From Dehalococcoidia bacterium (lineage in GTDB: Bacteria; Chloroflexota; Dehalococcoidia; GIF9; UBA5629), in NCBI GenBank assembly GCA_050011565.1, contig JBEKIW010000002.1:320001-384000 (forward strand): a stretch of DNA of 64,000 nucleotides, read 5' to 3'. The position numbers and the translations under genes are program-made. The notes beneath the pieces are model-generated. The model saw nothing but the letters and a program-made list of their open reading frames with translations, did no database searches and had not been told where the DNA came from. Positions 30,436 through 40,840 of the stretch are shown here, in pieces. Every line of letters starts with the position of its first letter. Position 1 is the stretch's first letter.

Positions 30436-30642
30436 ATGGACAGACTATCTGCCGAACAATCCCAATCAGACAAATTTTCCAAAGGGTCAAGGCGTCCACA
30501 GACTTTTAAATTGTCAATGGGTTTAATAAAACGACTAGGACATTACGTAGTAGACCGTAGCAGCAAAGATAGTCGCCGCATAGAGAAGTCTGAAATAGCA
30601 GAACAGGCGATAGGCGAGTTCCTAAATAAAGAAGGTTATTAG
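30436..30642 (+). CDS. Putative ribbon-helix-helix DNA-binding protein
   Basis: Alternating strand PQTFKL, a helix, then KSEIAEQAIGEFL, typical of RHH helix 2. Confidence 0.65.
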   Translation: MDRLSAEQSQSDKFSKGSRRPQTFKLSMGLIKRLGHYVVDRSSKDSRRIEKSEIAEQAIGEFLNKEGY

Positions 30643-30674
30643 GGTTTATCTCGTTCAAATATCGTACTTAGCCA

Positions 30675-31189
30675 TTAACCAACCTGCCTAACACATTCTC
30701 TTATATCCTCTACTCGGCCATCTTTTGCTTTGGCTAGGGCTAGCGCTTGCATAACCAGTACCGACAAAGTTGTATGAGCATTCAGCCGGTCAAAACCCCG
30801 GAAACAGTGCTCCTCTAATCTACGTGTCTGTTTCAGCCTGGAAAAGACACGTTCCGAAGAAGAGCGCTTGCGGTAAAGTGTAGTCCATTCATCTGTTCCA
30901 CGTTTAACTGTATGGCCAAATCGGCGATAATCTTGCCCCTGATTAAGCCAGATCATCTTAAGCCCACATTTCTCAGGCAAAGGGCAAGTGGCTCTCCCGG
31001 CCTTTTCAGGACATTGGTATTGATACAACCCTTTTTTATTATCCCTGCTTCTAAATATGAGCGGTAATCCCGCTGGGCAGCATGGTTTTGATGAGGACCC
31101 TGTCAGCTCTGGCATTGTCCCTTTTGATCTTGCTGATAATGGAATGACCGGGGATGCCCCAAACTCGTCAACATCTGGTATTATTAATC
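30675..31189 (-). pseudogene. Truncated DDE transposase (IS4/IS5/IS1182-like), C-terminal part only
   Basis: Cys-rich insertion CCPAG..YQCP..C....C and Y.KRSS.ERVFSRLK (catalytic Glu); the frame is closed just inside the inverted repeat and the N-terminal Asp region is missing. Confidence 0.85.
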
Positions 31190-31270
31190 ATCTTCTCTCC
31201 TCGTTTCAGGTATTATTGACATAACATTATGCACGGGGCTACTTGTCAAGGGGAGAGGGAAAGAAGTATG

Positions 31271-31295
31271 TTGAAAGGGGCTACGCCCCTTTCAA
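31271..31295. terminator. Hairpin (REP-like/terminator) downstream of ligA
   Basis: ttgaaaggggc-tac-gcccctttcaa. Confidence 0.7.
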
Positions 31296-31331
31296 TCCCC
31301 ATTAAGTCGCGGAGGTAGCCGATGTCCCCTG

Positions 31332-33389
<2,058 letters not shown>

Positions 33390-33515
33390 TCAAAAGGGCA
33401 TAGAAACTGTTGTTCACCTGTAGTGGTAAACGTCGGCAAAACTTGTTTATTTGCTATAATGAAGCCTCTTGATTTCAATGGCGGAAGATAAATTAAACGG
33501 CGAGGAGAATGAGGA

Positions 33516-34451
33516 ATGGAAAAGTTGATTATAACCGCTGCCCTGACCGGCGCGGTAACCATGCCTACCCAGACGCCTTATTTACCGATTACTCCGCAGC
33601 AACTTGCAGACGAAGCGGTCAAGGCAGCTGAAGCCGGCGCTGCCTCGGTGCATATTCATGCCCGGAATCCCAAAGATGGCATGCCCACCTCCGACCTGGA
33701 AGTTTATGGCGAAATCGTCTCCAGTATTAAGCAGCGAAGTAATGTAATCGTCTGCATAACCACCGGTGGTGCAGTAGGTGCCGACAGGGAAAAAAGGATT
33801 GGCGTCGTACCCAGGTTTAAACCTGAGCTTGCCTCTTTCAATATGGGGTCGATGAATTTCTCCATTCACCCTATAGCCGAGCGATATGAGGATAAAGATT
33901 ACAAATACCCCTGGGAAAAGGGATTCATACTTGGAACCAAGGAGAATGTCTTTCGTAATACCTTCTCCGATATAGAATACTTCTGCCGGACGATGAAGCA
34001 GAATGGCACCAGGCCGGAGTGCGAGGCTTATGACGTCGGCCACATTTATAACATCGCTTATCTGGTCAGGGAGAAACTACTACAGGTACCTCTCTGGATG
34101 CAGTTCGTTACCGGAGTGCTGGGAGGCATCGGCTCGTCTCTTGAAGATATAATGTACATGAAACAGACTTCAGACAGGCTGTTCGGTACACAAAACTATA
34201 GGTGGTCGGTAATAGGGGTGGGTTATCCGGATGAGTTTAAGGCAGCCGCACTGGCAATTATGATGGGCGGACATGTACGGGTAGGTCTGGAGGATAATAT
34301 CTTCGTGAAGAAAGGGAAGCTGGCTAAGAGCAATGCGGAACTGGTGGAAAAGGTCGTCAGGATAGCCGCAGAGTTTGAGCGCGATATAGCTACACCTGAT
34401 GAAGCCAGGAAAATCCTGAACCTTAAGGGCATGGATAAGGTGGGCTTCTAG
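33516..34451 (+). CDS. Beta-keto acid cleavage enzyme (BKACE/Kce family)
   Basis: IITAALTG, VHIHAR, ASFNMGSMNF, HVRVGLED, ATPDEAR. Confidence 0.92.
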   Translation: MEKLIITAALTGAVTMPTQTPYLPITPQQLADEAVKAAEAGAASVHIHARNPKDGMPTSDLEVYGEIVSSIKQRSNVIVCITTGGAVGADREKRIGVVPRFKPELASFNMGSMNFSIHPIAERYEDKDYKYPWEKGFILGTKENVFRNTFSDIEYFCRTMKQNGTRPECEAYDVGHIYNIAYLVREKLLQVPLWMQFVTGVLGGIGSSLEDIMYMKQTSDRLFGTQNYRWSVIGVGYPDEFKAAALAIMMGGHVRVGLEDNIFVKKGKLAKSNAELVEKVVRIAAEFERDIATPDEARKILNLKGMDKVGF

Positions 34452-34469
34452 ACATAGTTTTCGAATCGG

Positions 34470-35249
34470 ATGAAAGAGGCAGCAAAGATGGTAAAGATTC
34501 TAGATTTGAGTGTGCCGCTGGAAGAGAGCCCCAGCGAACCGCTGCCGGTTAAGGTAACCCACGAGCCGCACAAACAAGGCGTCAATAGAATGAAAACCTT
34601 CTTCGGCTGCAGCGAGCAGGACTTACCGGAGGGGCTGGGATGGGCTAACGATAGCTTGACACTGGGTGCCCATGCCGGGACGCACGTTGACGCACCCTGG
34701 CATTACTTTCCGACATCAGAAGGGAAAAGAGCCAGGACGATTGACGAGATGCCACTGGAATGGTTTTATCACGATGGCGTAGTGCTGGATATGAGGCACA
34801 AGCCGCGCGGTTCCGGCGTCACCGTCGAAGACCTTAAGGAAGCTTTGGCGAAGATAGACTATCAGATTAAGCCCTGGGACATTGTCATGATACAGACCGG
34901 CGCTGACAAATTGTGGGGTAAGGAGGAGTATTTTGATGCCGGCTGCGGCATGACTCGCGAGTCGACACTGTGGCTGATAGGGCAAGGCATCCGGGTCATG
35001 GGAATTGACGCCTGGGGGTGGGACCGGCCGTTCTGGGCGATAAAAGAGGAGTTCGCTAGGACAGGTGATAGAAGCCTGCTGTGGGGTGCGCACTTTGTCG
35101 GCAGAGATAAGGAATATTGCCATATAGAGAAGCTGGCGAATTTAGACAAGCTGCCCAAACCACTCGGCTTCAAAGTGGCCTGTTTCCCGGTGAAGCTCGC
35201 CGGCGGTAGCGCCGGATGGGTACGTGTTGCGGCTATAATAGAGGGCTGA
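34470..35249 (+). CDS. Cyclase-family (kynurenine formamidase-like) metal hydrolase
   Basis: HAGTHVDAP.H, GID, HIEKL, FPVK. Confidence 0.88.
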   Translation: MKEAAKMVKILDLSVPLEESPSEPLPVKVTHEPHKQGVNRMKTFFGCSEQDLPEGLGWANDSLTLGAHAGTHVDAPWHYFPTSEGKRARTIDEMPLEWFYHDGVVLDMRHKPRGSGVTVEDLKEALAKIDYQIKPWDIVMIQTGADKLWGKEEYFDAGCGMTRESTLWLIGQGIRVMGIDAWGWDRPFWAIKEEFARTGDRSLLWGAHFVGRDKEYCHIEKLANLDKLPKPLGFKVACFPVKLAGGSAGWVRVAAIIEG

Positions 35250-35405
35250 CCAGGCTTGCCTTTTACCCTCGATAACAACTCACGAAAACTCAAAATGTCA
35301 TCCCTTATGTTAATTATTTGTCTTGAGATGTAGTCTACAAACGGCTAAAATTGGTATTGTTTTTAAACGCAATATGGGTATATACGAGTATGGAGTACGC
35401 CTGAC

Positions 35406-35687
35406 GTGGTAGAAACATTTCTCTGCCCCAAGTGCGGAGAAGAGAATATTATGGGCTACCGGTTTTGCATGGTTTGCGGGACACGGCTGGCAGCAGCGGC
35501 GCAGCAGTCCGAGAAGACCTGCCCGAAATGCGATTCAAAGAACCCTGCGGATTATAAGTTCTGTGGTACTTGTGGCTCAAAGTTAGACACCAGCTGTCCG
35601 AATTGCGGTGTTGATGTGCCTGCTGACTCGAGATATTGTCCTAACTGTGCCTTTCTCTGTGGTGAAGGACGGCATAGCGAGGAGTAG
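35406..35687 (+). CDS. Double/triple zinc-ribbon protein
   Basis: Three CPxC...(F/Y)CxxC units. Confidence 0.8.
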   Translation: MVETFLCPKCGEENIMGYRFCMVCGTRLAAAAQQSEKTCPKCDSKNPADYKFCGTCGSKLDTSCPNCGVDVPADSRYCPNCAFLCGEGRHSEE

Positions 35688-35703
35688 AGGTGGTGCTCAT
35701 CAG

Positions 35704-36114
35704 ATGAAATCCAGACCGCCCCTGTGGTATACGCTGCAAGCCGTTTTAAGCTCGATATTGGAAGAAATTCTACTTGCGGCTGTTGTACTGTGGCTGCTGC
35801 CACATTTCAATGTAAATATACCGCTGTGGGGTCTGGCTATTTTTATGATAGCCCTGGCTGTATATTCCGGTGTGATGTACCGGGTGGGCAGGCAGACCTT
35901 CTTCATAAGGCCGAAGGTGGCGGCGGAAAATATTATCGGCAGTGAAGGCAGGGTGACTAAGCCACTGGCACCAGAGGGTTATGTTAAAGTCCAGGGTGTG
36001 TTATGGAAGGCGATATGCAACGAGTTGGAGCTGGGAGTGGGTGATGAAGTTGAGGTTATCGGCATGGAAGGCCTGAGGCTTGTGGTCAAGCCTAAAAAAG
36101 GCGATTCCGAATAG
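35704..36114 (+). CDS. NfeD-family membrane protein (short form)
   Basis: TM helices, then IG.EG.V..PL.PEG.V.V.G.LW.A OB-fold. Confidence 0.85.
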   Translation: MKSRPPLWYTLQAVLSSILEEILLAAVVLWLLPHFNVNIPLWGLAIFMIALAVYSGVMYRVGRQTFFIRPKVAAENIIGSEGRVTKPLAPEGYVKVQGVLWKAICNELELGVGDEVEVIGMEGLRLVVKPKKGDSE

Positions 36115-36121
36115 AAAAACC

Positions 36122-36171
36122 TTGACATTTGAGAATTTTGAGGTATAATTCAATTAACGATAACTATTACT
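36122..36171 (+). promoter_or_regulatory. Sigma70 promoter plus Fur/Per-box-like operator upstream of perR
   Basis: TTGACA-N16-TATAAT (36122-36149); attaacgataactattact (36153-36171) matches the Fur consensus at 12/19. Confidence 0.6.
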
Positions 36172-36180
36172 AATAAAGAG

Positions 36181-36576
36181 ATGAGGAAAACAAAACAGAA
36201 GGCAGCCATACTCGAGGTTTTAAGGGGCACGACCTCTCATCCGACGGCCGATTGGGTTTATAACGAGGTAAGGAAAGAGATACCTAATATCAGTTTAGGG
36301 ACGGTGTATCGGAACCTCAGACTGTTATGCGAGAGTGGCGAGATATTGGAGTTGGTCTTATGCGGTAGCTTAAGCCGGTTCGATGCCAGAAGCGATAATC
36401 ATTATCATTTTCGCTGTGAAAAGTGCGGTCAGGTGTTCGATGTCGATGAGACGGTGAATTCTGAGATGGATAAAATAGCTGCGCGGCGGACGGGTTTCCG
36501 AATAACGTATCATCGACTGGAATTTTACGGGCTGTGCCTGGAATGTCAGTTAGTTGAGGCTGTAGGAGGAAGTTGA
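36181..36576 (+). CDS. perR: Fur-family regulator, PerR-like
   Basis: HPTADWVY, SLGTVYRNL, RFD....HYHF.C..C, YGLC..C; heads peroxide-defence genes. Confidence 0.8.
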   Translation: MRKTKQKAAILEVLRGTTSHPTADWVYNEVRKEIPNISLGTVYRNLRLLCESGEILELVLCGSLSRFDARSDNHYHFRCEKCGQVFDVDETVNSEMDKIAARRTGFRITYHRLEFYGLCLECQLVEAVGGS

Positions 36577-36746
36577 TGCCCAAAGCAGTAATTACATTGG
36601 ATGAGCAGCAGGTGATCAGACTGGAACAGGCCATCATTGACCAAGACGAGAAAGCGGCATGGGAGCTTCTAAATGAGATAAGGGCCAAGGTTAAAGCGAC
36701 TCAGAATACACAATGCGGCGTGGAGAAACTGAGAAAACAGGTTTAA
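36576..36746 (+). CDS. Small helical protein (56 aa; not in ORF track) translationally coupled to perR
   Basis: TGATG overlap, AGGAGG RBS; MPKAVITLDEQQVIRLEQAIIDQDEKAAWELLNEIRAKVKATQNTQCGVEKLRKQV. Confidence 0.75.
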   Translation: MPKAVITLDEQQVIRLEQAIIDQDEKAAWELLNEIRAKVKATQNTQCGVEKLRKQV

Positions 36747-36891
36747 GTCAAAGTAATTGAATAACCGCTGCAAAATGTTATAAGTTTTTAACTTTTGGGC
36801 TATTGATTTTACGACTATTTTACGATTGACGGGGCATAATATCCTAAATTGAATCGGGAGAGGTCACAGAAGTAAGATTAGAGGAGGCGAA

Positions 36892-37131
36892 ATGGCAAAA
36901 GAGGTTAAAGTATATTCTACCGCTACCTGACCCTGGTGCATTAAAGTCAGGCAGTTGCTGGACGAAAACAAAATCCTTTATAAATATCTTGATGTTGCCA
37001 GAGACAAGGTTGCCCGCGATGAAATGGTAAACAAGACCGGTAAATTTGTGGTGCCGGTTATTGACATCGATGGCGAGGTTTCTGTCGGCTACAACGAGAA
37101 ATGGCTGAAGGAAAAACTGAACCTCTCATAG
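36892..37131 (+). CDS. Selenocysteine-containing glutaredoxin/NrdH-redoxin (UPWC active site)
   Basis: GAGGAGG RBS; VKVYSTAT-TGA(36928)-PWC...VP...G.....G continues in frame to TAG 37131; 79 aa. Confidence 0.9.
36946..36963 (+). promoter_or_regulatory. Putative bacterial SECIS hairpin
   Basis: gtcaggc-AGTT-gctggac; the loop starts 22 nt after UGA and has G at its second position. Confidence 0.7.
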
Positions 37132-37212
37132 ATCTGTCGTAATAGCTGAAAAGGTATATTGAGTTTGCTTGATTTTGAGTAACGATATATCAGTCAATAC
37201 GAGGAGAAAATT

Positions 37213-38079
37213 ATGAGGCTGAAAGGAAGCAGGACCGAGGATGCCTTACGCAAGGCGTTTGCCAGAGAGGTACACGTTCATGCCGCCTATTCATACTTCT
37301 CCAAGGCTGCCAGAGAAGCCGGCCTGGGCCAGATAGCCGATATGTTTTTGGCTACGTCACAGAATGAGGCTGAACATGCTGAGCATGAGTTTAAATTCCT
37401 GGGTGGCTTAGGTGATACAGCGGCCAATCTAAAGCTGGCTATCGGTCGTGAGCATGAAGAAGCCAGCAGATTGTATCCCGAGGCGGCGCAAATATCTGAG
37501 GAAGAAGGCTTTAATGACGTCGCTGATTTCTTTAAGCGGATGGGTAAGGTGGAACAGAGGCATGAAGAGAATTTTAAGCAGCTAATAGAGGCGTTGGATG
37601 GAAAGAAGGAGTTGAAGGGCAAGACTGTGGGGCATTCAGCGGTTGAGATGGCGGAGCTTATGTTACCGCATCACAGCAATCCAGCCGGTGTGGTTCATGG
37701 CGGCGAATTAATGAAAATGATGGATAATGCCGCCGGTGTGGTAGCTGCCCGGCACAGTCAGGCTAATCCGGTGACTGGCACGGTGCACAATATCCGCTTC
37801 CTTAACCCGGTTCACGTCGGTGACCTGGTGCTAATTCATGCCAGGCTGACTTTCGTAGGGCACACATCTGTGGAGGTATGGGTACAAATCGATGCCGAGA
37901 ACCTTAATACCGGAGAACGGCGCCCGGCTATGACGGCCTACTATATAATGGTGGCCACCGATAACAAAGGGAAACCCGTGGGCGTTCCACCGCTTATTGT
38001 GATTACTGAAGAAGAGGAAAGATTGTTTAGTGAGGGGCTGGCCAGATATGAGATGGTCAAGAAGCAATCTAGTAGTTAA
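37213..38079 (+). CDS. Rubrerythrin (diiron) domain fused to hotdog-fold acyl-CoA thioesterase
   Basis: LKGSRTE..L..AFA.E, E.EH, E..E, E..H; then [19 protein letters not shown] and F..PV.VGD. Confidence 0.88.
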   Translation: MRLKGSRTEDALRKAFAREVHVHAAYSYFSKAAREAGLGQIADMFLATSQNEAEHAEHEFKFLGGLGDTAANLKLAIGREHEEASRLYPEAAQISEEEGFNDVADFFKRMGKVEQRHEENFKQLIEALDGKKELKGKTVGHSAVEMAELMLPHHSNPAGVVHGGELMKMMDNAAGVVAARHSQANPVTGTVHNIRFLNPVHVGDLVLIHARLTFVGHTSVEVWVQIDAENLNTGERRPAMTAYYIMVATDNKGKPVGVPPLIVITEEEERLFSEGLARYEMVKKQSSS

Positions 38080-38093
38080 TAGGAGATACGTTA

Positions 38094-39296
38094 ATGGGGA
38101 ATGAGAAGAAGCCGGAAAGAATGGTTTATCTGGATAACATGGCTACCACGCCCGTATTGCCCGAGGTGCTGGAGACGATGTTGCCCTATTTTCGGGAGGT
38201 CTATGGAAATCCGCAATCAATCCATTCCTGGGGCGACGAAGCCAGGGAAGCCATCGAGAAAGCCCGAGAGCAGGTGGCCGCCTTAGTCGGCGGCAATGCT
38301 GAAGAAATAATTTTCACGTCCAGCGGCAGTGAGGCTAATAATCTGGCGCTCAAAGGGCTTTCTCAGGGTCAGATGGCAAAGGGGAAGCACATAATTGTCT
38401 CGGCGGTCGAGCATTTTTCGGTGCTACATGCTGCCAGAACTTTGGAGAAAGCTGGTTTTGAGATTACCGAGGTGCCGGTGGATAAATACGGAATGGTCGA
38501 CCCCGATGAAGTGGCCAGAAATATTAAGAAAGAAACCATACTGGTGTCGGTGATGCATGCCAACGGAGAAGTAGGCACCGTAGAGCCAATTGCCGAGATA
38601 GCTAAAAAGGTTAAAGAGGCCGGCGTGCTATTTCACACGGATGCTGTTGCCAGCGCCGGCAGCATACCCGTTGATGTCAACAAACTGGGAGCAGACGCCT
38701 TGAGCCTGGCCGGGAATGAATTTTATGGGCCTAAGGGATCAGGTGCCCTCTGGGTACGTAAGAGGGTCCGTCTTATTCCGTTAATGGACGGTGGGGTGCA
38801 GGAAGGTGGACGCAGGCCGGGCACGGAAAATGTGCCGGCTATTGTGGGTATGGGAAAAGCTGCTGAAGTGGCGTCGAGAGACATGCCGTCGCGCATGGAA
38901 AAGCTGTCCCGCCTGAGAGACAGGCTAATCAAAGGTCTACCGGCGGCAATTGACCATGTATTTCTTACCGGTCATCCAACTCAGCGTCTTCCCCAAAACG
39001 CCAGCTTTTGCGTTGAGTTTATTGAAGGCGAAGGCATGCTGCTGCTGCTTAACAGCCAGGGCATAGCTGTCTCCAGTGGCTCAGCCTGCACCTCCAAAGC
39101 CTTGAAAGCCTCCCATGTGCTTATTGCCATGGGTATTCCGCACGAGATTGCCCAGGGCTCTTTGCTTTTTGGCCTGGGGGTGGACGATGACGAGGCGGAT
39201 ATAGATTACGTATTGGAGAAGTTGCCTCCTATTGTTGATAGATTGAGGCAAATGTCTCCCTTATATGCTAAATTTATGAAAGAAAAGAGGGGGTGA
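38094..39296 (+). CDS. iscS: Cysteine desulfurase (IscS/NifS type)
   Basis: [34 protein letters not shown]; note that the usual PLP-binding S.HK motif reads AGNE here. Confidence 0.85.
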   Translation: MGNEKKPERMVYLDNMATTPVLPEVLETMLPYFREVYGNPQSIHSWGDEAREAIEKAREQVAALVGGNAEEIIFTSSGSEANNLALKGLSQGQMAKGKHIIVSAVEHFSVLHAARTLEKAGFEITEVPVDKYGMVDPDEVARNIKKETILVSVMHANGEVGTVEPIAEIAKKVKEAGVLFHTDAVASAGSIPVDVNKLGADALSLAGNEFYGPKGSGALWVRKRVRLIPLMDGGVQEGGRRPGTENVPAIVGMGKAAEVASRDMPSRMEKLSRLRDRLIKGLPAAIDHVFLTGHPTQRLPQNASFCVEFIEGEGMLLLLNSQGIAVSSGSACTSKALKASHVLIAMGIPHEIAQGSLLFGLGVDDDEADIDYVLEKLPPIVDRLRQMSPLYAKFMKEKRG

Positions 39297-39742
39297 GTTA
39301 TATGCCAGCATATAATGAAAAAGTTATGGACCATTTTATGAACCCCCGCAATGTCGGGGAGATTAAAGATGCCGATGGCATCGGTGAGGTAGGCAACCCG
39401 GTGTGCGGTGATATGATGACGTTTTACATTAAGGTAAAAGATAACCGTCTTGAGGATGTCAAATTTCAGACCTTCGGCTGTGGGGCTGCGGTGGCCGTTT
39501 CCAGCATTACCAGCGAGATGGCAAAGGGTAAAACGCTGGAGGAGGCAGTAAAAATTACACCCAGTCTGGTAGCTAAAGAATTAGAAGGTTTGCCCAAAAA
39601 CAAATATCATTGCTCTAATCTGGGAGCTCAAGCCCTACAACAGGCAATTCGTGATTATGCCAAGAAGAAGGGAATTAAAATCGAAGGTCTAGAAGAGAAA
39701 GGAGAAGGTGATGAAGAAGGAGAAGAGTGTGAAGTCTGCTAA
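39293..39742 (+). CDS. iscU: Fe-S scaffold protein IscU/NifU-N
   Basis: [28 protein letters not shown]. Confidence 0.93.
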   Translation: MSYMPAYNEKVMDHFMNPRNVGEIKDADGIGEVGNPVCGDMMTFYIKVKDNRLEDVKFQTFGCGAAVAVSSITSEMAKGKTLEEAVKITPSLVAKELEGLPKNKYHCSNLGAQALQQAIRDYAKKKGIKIEGLEEKGEGDEEGEECEVC

Positions 39743-39944
39743 TAAATCCAGTAAAGCTAAGAAGGAGCATAGCTGTCTCTGCCCTTACTGCGAAGAGGAA
39801 CTGGTTATCGCTAGCTGTCCCTTTTGTGGGGCTTGTGGATCAGTCATCAGCTATTGTGTTAGCTGCCAGATAATGGTGCCGGATGAGAAAGCGACTAAGT
39901 GCCCTGAATGTGGCGCGCCGCTGAAGAAAGGGCGAAAGAAGTAA
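39729..39944 (+). CDS. Small Cys-rich zinc-ribbon protein
   Basis: CPYC, CPFC..C, C..C, CPECG; overlaps the iscU stop. Confidence 0.7.
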   Translation: MKSANKSSKAKKEHSCLCPYCEEELVIASCPFCGACGSVISYCVSCQIMVPDEKATKCPECGAPLKKGRKK

Positions 39945-39974
39945 GATAGAGATTACTATTCAGGAGAGAAAAGG

Positions 39975-40205
39975 ATGAAAGCAGACGAGACTCTGGATTG
40001 CTTGGGACTTTATTGTCCCATGCCTATTGCTAAAACCGCTCAAAAAATAAAGCAGTTGAAACCGGGGCAAGTGTTGGAAGTCCTGGCTGATGATAAGGGT
40101 ATAAAAGAGGATATCCCCAACTGGTGCAAGACTACCGGCAACGAATGCTTGGGCGTAGAAGAGGAAGGCGGTGTCTTTCGCGCGTATGTAAAAAAGACAA
40201 AATAG
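39975..40205 (+). CDS. TusA/SirA-family sulfur carrier
   Basis: LDCLGLYCPMP, GQVLEVLADD, DIPNW. Confidence 0.9.
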   Translation: MKADETLDCLGLYCPMPIAKTAQKIKQLKPGQVLEVLADDKGIKEDIPNWCKTTGNECLGVEEEGGVFRAYVKKTK

Positions 40206-40218
40206 GGTGGTTGTGTAA

Positions 40219-40755
40219 ATGACAATTAGGGAAGAACAAAGCCAGACTTTAGAAGCCATTAAGTTCGCTATTCAGATGGAAATAGATGGCAAGGAATACT
40301 ATCAGAAAGCCAGTCGACAGAGTGATAACAAGGTGGGAACGGAGCTTTTTGAGTGGCTGGCGGCTGAGGAAGATAAGCACCGGCGTATATTTGGGGGCAT
40401 TTACAACGCTATTAGAAAACAAAAGGCTTGGCCTGAGGTTGGCATGCGGCCTCGGCAGGCTGCCATACTTGACACCATATTTTCCAAGGAGATGAAGGTG
40501 GCCGCCTCTACTGTGAAAGCAACCGGTACTGAACTTGATAGCATAGCCAAGGCTATGGAAATGGAGAACAAGACTCGGGAATTCTACAAAAGCCAGGACC
40601 AGAAAACGGCTTATGATGCCTTGAAGAAACTGTATTCGGCTCTGGCTGCCGAAGAGGAAGGTCACTATCTGACTCTGGTTGACTACCGTGAATACCTGAT
40701 TGACCCGGCAGGCTATTTCCGTAAAGCAGAACACCATTCGCTGGATGGCGGCTAA
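40219..40755 (+). CDS. Ferritin-like (rubrerythrin-family) diiron protein
   Basis: AIQME.DG..YY, LA.EE..H, AM.ME...FY, LA.EE..H. Confidence 0.85.
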   Translation: MTIREEQSQTLEAIKFAIQMEIDGKEYYQKASRQSDNKVGTELFEWLAAEEDKHRRIFGGIYNAIRKQKAWPEVGMRPRQAAILDTIFSKEMKVAASTVKATGTELDSIAKAMEMENKTREFYKSQDQKTAYDALKKLYSALAAEEEGHYLTLVDYREYLIDPAGYFRKAEHHSLDGG

Positions 40756-40840
40756 ATAGCATCCCGAAAAACAATTTTTTGATGGATCCCTGACAGATTG
40801 CAGTTCTTTGGACGCTGCAAAATAGGAGAGGAGTTAAACT

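Larger units (their letters stand above)
27854..31241. mobile_element. Non-autonomous DDE transposon with cargo; 73-bp terminal inverted repeats; 9-bp target-site duplication
   Basis: 27854-27926 is the exact reverse complement of 31169-31241; CTTGTCAAG is directly repeated at 27845-27853 and 31242-31250; transposase remnant inside; AT-rich. Confidence 0.93.

Noticed and set aside
36574-36576. Selenocysteine read-through at the TGA stops of perR (and of the MsrP-like gene at 48636-48638)
   Set aside because: Both TGAs overlap the ATG of the next gene and come after complete domains, not at a Cys position.
40219-40755. C-terminal GG as a ubiquitin-like/sulfur-carrier signal (also on the MBL and DJ-1 proteins)
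   Set aside because: None has a beta-grasp fold and no E1/ThiF enzyme is in the window.
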